Assembly: GCA_040797845.1 (NCBI GenBank)
Contig: JBFNFA010000002.1
Coordinates: 9,809 to 73,808 of the forward strand
DNA length: 64,000 nt
Direction: 5' to 3'
Source: Clostridiaceae bacterium
GTDB taxonomy: Bacteria; Bacillota; Clostridia; Clostridiales; Clostridiaceae
Position numbers and translations under genes: made by a program
The notes under the pieces: generated by a model
Told to the model about the DNA's origin: nothing
Database searches by the model: none
What the model saw: the letters and a program-made list of their open reading frames with translations, nothing else
Part shown: positions 59,920 to 64,000 of the stretch, one piece after another
How the letters are laid out: each line of letters begins with the position of its first letter
Numbering within the stretch: position 1 is the first letter of the stretch

Positions 59920-60090
59920 ATTTTTTGTACTCCTAAGTTGCTTTCTTAAATGTAGATTTTTGCGAATAATAATTATTATTTAATAAATATTTCAAAATCA
60001 TATAGCATAAGCGAAAATTTTGTAGTATAATTTTGTAACAAGTAGAATATGGTGGAATTATATTTGAAAATGACGAGGGAGGATTATTAC

Positions 60091-61782
60091 ATGAAGGATA
60101 TAAATAAGGGTAATATGAAAATTAAAACAAAATTATTTTTAGTGTTAACTTTAGTAACTGCACTTATTTTATCAATGATTGCTACTAATTTTTATACACT
60201 ATCAAAATTAAATGGAGATGCTACTGCTATAAACTTATCGGGCAGTGAAAGAATGAGAAGCTATAAGTTAGCTTATAGCACTAACTCATACATATACGAA
60301 ATAGATTCTACAAAAAAATCTCAACTAAAAGAAGATATATTAAAGGAGATAAATACCTTTGATAAAATATTAATTGGCTTAGAAAAGGGAGATAGTGAAT
60401 TAAATCTAATACCGATAAAGGATGAGTACAGCATTGAAAAACTAAACTCTATCAATAGTGAATGGAGTAAAATGAAAGAAACATATAATTCGATTATCAA
60501 TACAGAAGATATAAATTCACAAAAAAATAATTCTCAATACATAAGTGAAAATGTTAATGATATTGTAGGAGAAATTAATGAATTAGTTAATAATCTTGAT
60601 GATATTTCAGCTAAAAAAGTAACTTTCTCTAAAAACATTAGTATTGTATTTTTCTTAATTGCAGTGGGTATTTTACTATTTATCTTTACATTCATAATAA
60701 ATACTATAATAACGCCAATTGAGAATATAAAAAACAATATGAAAGATATAGCCTCTGGAGAGGGGGACCTAACAAAAAGAATACTTATAAAAAGCAATGA
60801 TGAAATAGGAGAATTGGCCTTAGGGTTTAATTCCTTTGTGGAAAATATTCATAATATAGTGTCTAACGTGGTTATAACTACAAAAAATACAAAGGAAACT
60901 TCAGAGCAAATATCAGCTATAGCTATTCAAAACATGGAAGCTACTGAAACCATCTCATTATCTGCACAAAGTGTTTCCATTGGAAGTAATACGCAAACTA
61001 ATGAGATTGAAAATTTGTTTTCTAAAGTAGAAGAGGTAACAAATGAAATTAAAGAAATAAATACTATAATCAAAAATGTATCAGGTAACTCAAAACAATC
61101 AGAGCAGGAAGCTCTAAATGGAAATAATAAAATTGAAGAGACAAAAGAGCAGCTAGATTTAGTAAGAGAAACTATAAATGAAATGGATGGAAAGATGACA
61201 TTATTGGATACTAACTCAAGGGAGATAAGTAAAATAATTGAGTTAATAACTAACATCTCGAGTCAAACTAATTTACTTGCCCTCAATGCTTCTATAGAGG
61301 CAGCAAGAGCTGGTGAGCTTGGTAAAGGATTTGCTGTAGTAGCTGAAGAAGTAAGAAAACTTGCTGATGAAACAGAGGATGCGGCAAGACAAATAGTACC
61401 TTTTATTAAGGAAGTTCAAGGAAATGTCTATTCTATAAAAAACAACATGGGGGAAGTTACAAAAGAATTAGATAAAGAATTCGCCGTATTAAATGAAACC
61501 ATAAATACTCTACATATTATACTAGAGGGAAGCAAAAACACTGTTTTAGGAATAGATAATGCGAAAGGTATAATGATGAATTTAGATAATAACCTTGAAA
61601 ATATAAAAGAAATCTTTATAGATATAATGAATATAACAAGGGAAAATTCAGCAAATATGCAAAACGTAGCTGCAGCCGCAGAAGAGCAATCTGCATCTTC
61701 AGAGGAAATGTCTTCTTCTATAGACAATTTATTTTCTATGATCTTAGATTTACATAATAAAGTATCTGGTTTTAGGGTGTAA
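60091..61782 (+). CDS. Methyl-accepting chemotaxis protein with PilJ/NarX-like sensor domain
   Basis: [18 protein letters not shown] after TM1; HAMP (SNDEIGEL); [34 protein letters not shown]; GGGAGG SD before ATG 60091. Confidence 0.92.
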   Translation: MKDINKGNMKIKTKLFLVLTLVTALILSMIATNFYTLSKLNGDATAINLSGSERMRSYKLAYSTNSYIYEIDSTKKSQLKEDILKEINTFDKILIGLEKGDSELNLIPIKDEYSIEKLNSINSEWSKMKETYNSIINTEDINSQKNNSQYISENVNDIVGEINELVNNLDDISAKKVTFSKNISIVFFLIAVGILLFIFTFIINTIITPIENIKNNMKDIASGEGDLTKRILIKSNDEIGELALGFNSFVENIHNIVSNVVITTKNTKETSEQISAIAIQNMEATETISLSAQSVSIGSNTQTNEIENLFSKVEEVTNEIKEINTIIKNVSGNSKQSEQEALNGNNKIEETKEQLDLVRETINEMDGKMTLLDTNSREISKIIELITNISSQTNLLALNASIEAARAGELGKGFAVVAEEVRKLADETEDAARQIVPFIKEVQGNVYSIKNNMGEVTKELDKEFAVLNETINTLHIILEGSKNTVLGIDNAKGIMMNLDNNLENIKEIFIDIMNITRENSANMQNVAAAAEEQSASSEEMSSSIDNLFSMILDLHNKVSGFRV

Positions 61783-61811
61783 AAAGAGCTGAGCATTATA
61801 TGCTCAGCTCT
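61783..61811. terminator. Bidirectional terminator
   Basis: AAGAGCTGAGCAT-TAT-ATGCTCAGCTCTT. Confidence 0.75.
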
Positions 61812-61873
61812 TAGTTTTTAAGCTTTTAGATTTTAATTTAATTATCTTTCAAAGCATTATATTTCTTAAGTAT

Positions 61874-62290
61874 TTAAGCAGATTCTACATTTTTATCTTT
61901 ACGTTTATAAAATATTCCTCCTACTGCCGCAAATGCAATCAAAACTCCACCGATTTTAATCCATTTAGAACCTTTATGGTGGTGACTTACTTCTTCTCCT
62001 ACTTTCCACTTAACTTTATGTCCCATCCCATCATCTGCAACAATGTAGACTACACCGGAATCTTTATCGTATTTAAACTGTCCATTTTCATCTAGTTTTC
62101 CTCTTTTAATTTCTTTGTCATTAGCATCGTATAATATTATTTCAGTCTTCTCTGAAAAGCTTCCATCATCATAATGAACCTTTATAATTCCATCTTCTAC
62201 TGACTCTATAGCTAACTTATGGGCATAAACAGGTGTAGTGAATAATAGTAACATAATACTTACAAGAAAAAACATTTTTAAATTCTTCAT
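61874..62290 (-). CDS. Secreted, C-terminally anchored accessory protein of the Co/Ni ECF operon (CbiL/NikL-like)
   Basis: Signal peptide ending A-H, DGMGH, HHH, C-terminal TM; follows cbiQO-like genes. Confidence 0.6.
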   Translation of the reverse strand: MKNLKMFFLVSIMLLLFTTPVYAHKLAIESVEDGIIKVHYDDGSFSEKTEIILYDANDKEIKRGKLDENGQFKYDKDSGVVYIVADDGMGHKVKWKVGEEVSHHHKGSKWIKIGGVLIAFAAVGGIFYKRKDKNVESA

Positions 62291-62339
62291 AATTTAAAAT
62301 TCCTCCTAATTTCTTATGATATAGCACATGCTATACCAA

Positions 62340-63149
62340 TTAATTTTCTTTTTTAAAAAGTTTTGTTAATAGTTCTTTTGCTTTATTTATGTTTTTAGGT
62401 CTCATAGAAGTATTAGAAAAAATTTCGTATAAATTAGGAGTTTTCAATTTTGCTTCCTCCATTAAAACTTCATTCTCTAATATATCTATAGATCCTTGAG
62501 CCAAAACTTTACCCTCTTTTAAAATAATGCATTCATCTGCCCAACTATAGACAATATCTACATCATGGGTAGTAATAATCAGGGTCCGTCCCTTACTATT
62601 TAGCTTTTCTAGAATGTATATAAATTGCTGTAATGAATATGGATCTAGCCCCGAAAAGGGTTCATCAAATATCATAATCTCTGGTTCCATAGCTAAAACT
62701 CCTGCTATAGCAACTTTCTTTTTTTGTCCAAGACTTAGGTTATAGGGTTGACGATGCTTTAAATCTTGAATACCTATTAAGCTTAATGAATTATCAACAG
62801 CTTTTTCTACTTCCTCTTCTTTGTAACCTAAGTTTCTAGGTCCAAAAGCTACATCTTCATATACAGTAGTAGAAAATAATTGATCATCTGGATTATCAAA
62901 CACAATCCCCACAATTTTTCTAATATCATATAGACTTTCTTTGCAAACAGAAATGCCTTTAATTTTAACAGAACCCTTCTGCGGCAGAATCAACCCATTA
63001 AAATGTTGTAATAAAGTAGACTTGCCACTACCATTAGCCCCTAATATAGCTATCTTCCTTTGCTGCTTTATATCTATTGATATATCTTGCAATGCAATAG
63101 TTTCATGGGTGTAAGCATAACTTAAATTTTTGATTTCTACTATCTCCAT
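62340..63149 (-). CDS. cbiO: ECF transporter ATPase (CbiO/NikO-like)
   Basis: GANGSGKST, DNPDDQLF, LSLGQKKKVAIAG, FDEP, TTHD; ATG overlaps the upstream TAA. Confidence 0.85.
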   Translation of the reverse strand: MEIVEIKNLSYAYTHETIALQDISIDIKQQRKIAILGANGSGKSTLLQHFNGLILPQKGSVKIKGISVCKESLYDIRKIVGIVFDNPDDQLFSTTVYEDVAFGPRNLGYKEEEVEKAVDNSLSLIGIQDLKHRQPYNLSLGQKKKVAIAGVLAMEPEIMIFDEPFSGLDPYSLQQFIYILEKLNSKGRTLIITTHDVDIVYSWADECIILKEGKVLAQGSIDILENEVLMEEAKLKTPNLYEIFSNTSMRPKNINKAKELLTKLFKKEN

Positions 63150-63904
63150 TAGAACCACCACTTTTCAATAATATGTAGTAAAATTACGCTGCTTATAAAA
63201 AAAATAGATTTTAATATATCAATTATTGTAATTCTCTTTGGTTTTGATGTAGGCATCTTTCCATTAAATCCTCGTGAAGCCATAGCTCTATATACCTTTT
63301 CTGAAGTATCAATAGATTTCACCAACATTCCTCCCATGATTTCCCCATGAATCTTAAAGGAGTTTTTATGAAATCTCGGTTGAAATAATCTTGATTTTAA
63401 AGACTTATAAAATTGGCTAAGTCTTTCACTGAGTATGAACACATAACGCCAAGATAAAAAAATGATTGTAATAAAAGAGCTAGGCAATTTCATATGAGCC
63501 AAACCATTTAATAGCACTGGTACAGGTTGACTAAAAAACATAATAAACATAATAAATAAAGCATTTAAGCTCTTAAAAATCAATAATAAAGCTAGGGTCC
63601 TTCTCTCCTGAGTTGGTGGAATTCCTCCACCTATCATTATAGGTAAGGACATTAAAAGTAAAAAAGGTAGAAAACATACTACTCTTATGGCAATTTGCTT
63701 AATAGAAACTCCCATGGACAGTACAATTGCTGTTAAAATAGCAAAAGATAATATTAACAATAAAGGTGTTTTTAGAAAAACTAAGCTAAAAACCATTATT
63801 ATACATGAAATAGTCTTTGTTCTTGATTCCCAATGATGAATCCAAGAATCTTTTGCTGTAGTTGGTATAGCGTTTTTTATTGATGGTATAGACTTTAATG
63901 CCAT
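63149..63904 (-). CDS. cbiQ: ECF transporter T component (CbiQ/NikQ-like)
   Basis: TM protein with SWRYVF, AMASRGF. Confidence 0.85.
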   Translation of the reverse strand: MALKSIPSIKNAIPTTAKDSWIHHWESRTKTISCIIMVFSLVFLKTPLLLILSFAILTAIVLSMGVSIKQIAIRVVCFLPFLLLMSLPIMIGGGIPPTQERRTLALLLIFKSLNALFIMFIMFFSQPVPVLLNGLAHMKLPSSFITIIFLSWRYVFILSERLSQFYKSLKSRLFQPRFHKNSFKIHGEIMGGMLVKSIDTSEKVYRAMASRGFNGKMPTSKPKRITIIDILKSIFFISSVILLHIIEKWWF

Positions 63905-63917
63905 AAGAGAACTCCTT

Positions 63918-64000
63918 TTATAAATTTAAATTTTCTACATAGTTTTCTAAAACCTTAGGCCTTACGCGATATATAAAACTTATGGTAATTGCCGTAATAA
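63918..64000 (-). CDS. C-terminal fragment of a probable CbiM/NikM S component
   Basis: Reads ..ITAITISFIYRVRPKVLENYVENLNL* just upstream of cbiQ; only 26 aa are visible. Confidence 0.5.
   Translation of the reverse strand, partial: ITAITISFIYRVRPKVLENYVENLNL

Noticed and set aside
3313-61796. Numerous 60-135-aa track ORFs opposite or overlapping long genes (e.g. 7800, 12388, 25357, 39123, 42435, 45254, 58971, 60927, 61428)
   Set aside because: Antisense or out-of-frame shadows of well-supported genes, with no recognisable motifs.

Overview
Low-GC (about 30% or less by eye) Clostridium-like chromosomal segment with about 50 CDSs and no rRNA, tRNA or CRISPR array. The housekeeping and envelope content is: TPR protein, CapA-type phosphoesterase, murT-gatD, LTA synthase, two chemoreceptors, EAL/HD-GYP/GGDEF proteins, CtsR-controlled clpB, two XRE-TPR regulators, rnhA, an FtsH paralogue, rhomboid, Fur-family regulator, mntP, a cell-surface locus (SLAP, CWB2, Ig-like, DUF5050), galU, pgm, two VanZ, MATE, an SsuABC-like ABC system and a Co/Ni ECF transporter. 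Three non-coding repeat systems stand out. (1) A RAYT-type HUH transposase (26014-26991) sits inside a perfect 13-bp inverted repeat. The same core, GGGACGG(T/G)TCA, recurs about 18 times across 7-33 kb: as terminators, in the clpB leader, in clusters between surface-protein genes and inside two CDSs. (2) A family of long hairpins (modules A1, A2, B plus linker C) occurs at 47.7-48.2, 51.0-51.4 and 58.5-59.9 kb. Its A1/A2 stems show covariation and G-U-only mismatches on the minus strand. An rpn (PD-(D/E)XK, DUF4351) gene with a LexA-type box and an internal SD-ATG lies inside one copy between 17-nt direct repeats, another copy looks like an empty site, and two copies bracket a PIG-L gene. (3) A ~200-bp MITE-like double-hairpin element is present twice with different nested inserts. 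Also notable: a Fur-boxed operon pairing a Nar1/[FeFe]-hydrogenase-like protein with an ABC importer whose ATPase is frameshifted, and a NarX-P-box chemoreceptor. All family assignments come from motif recognition; no searches were run.
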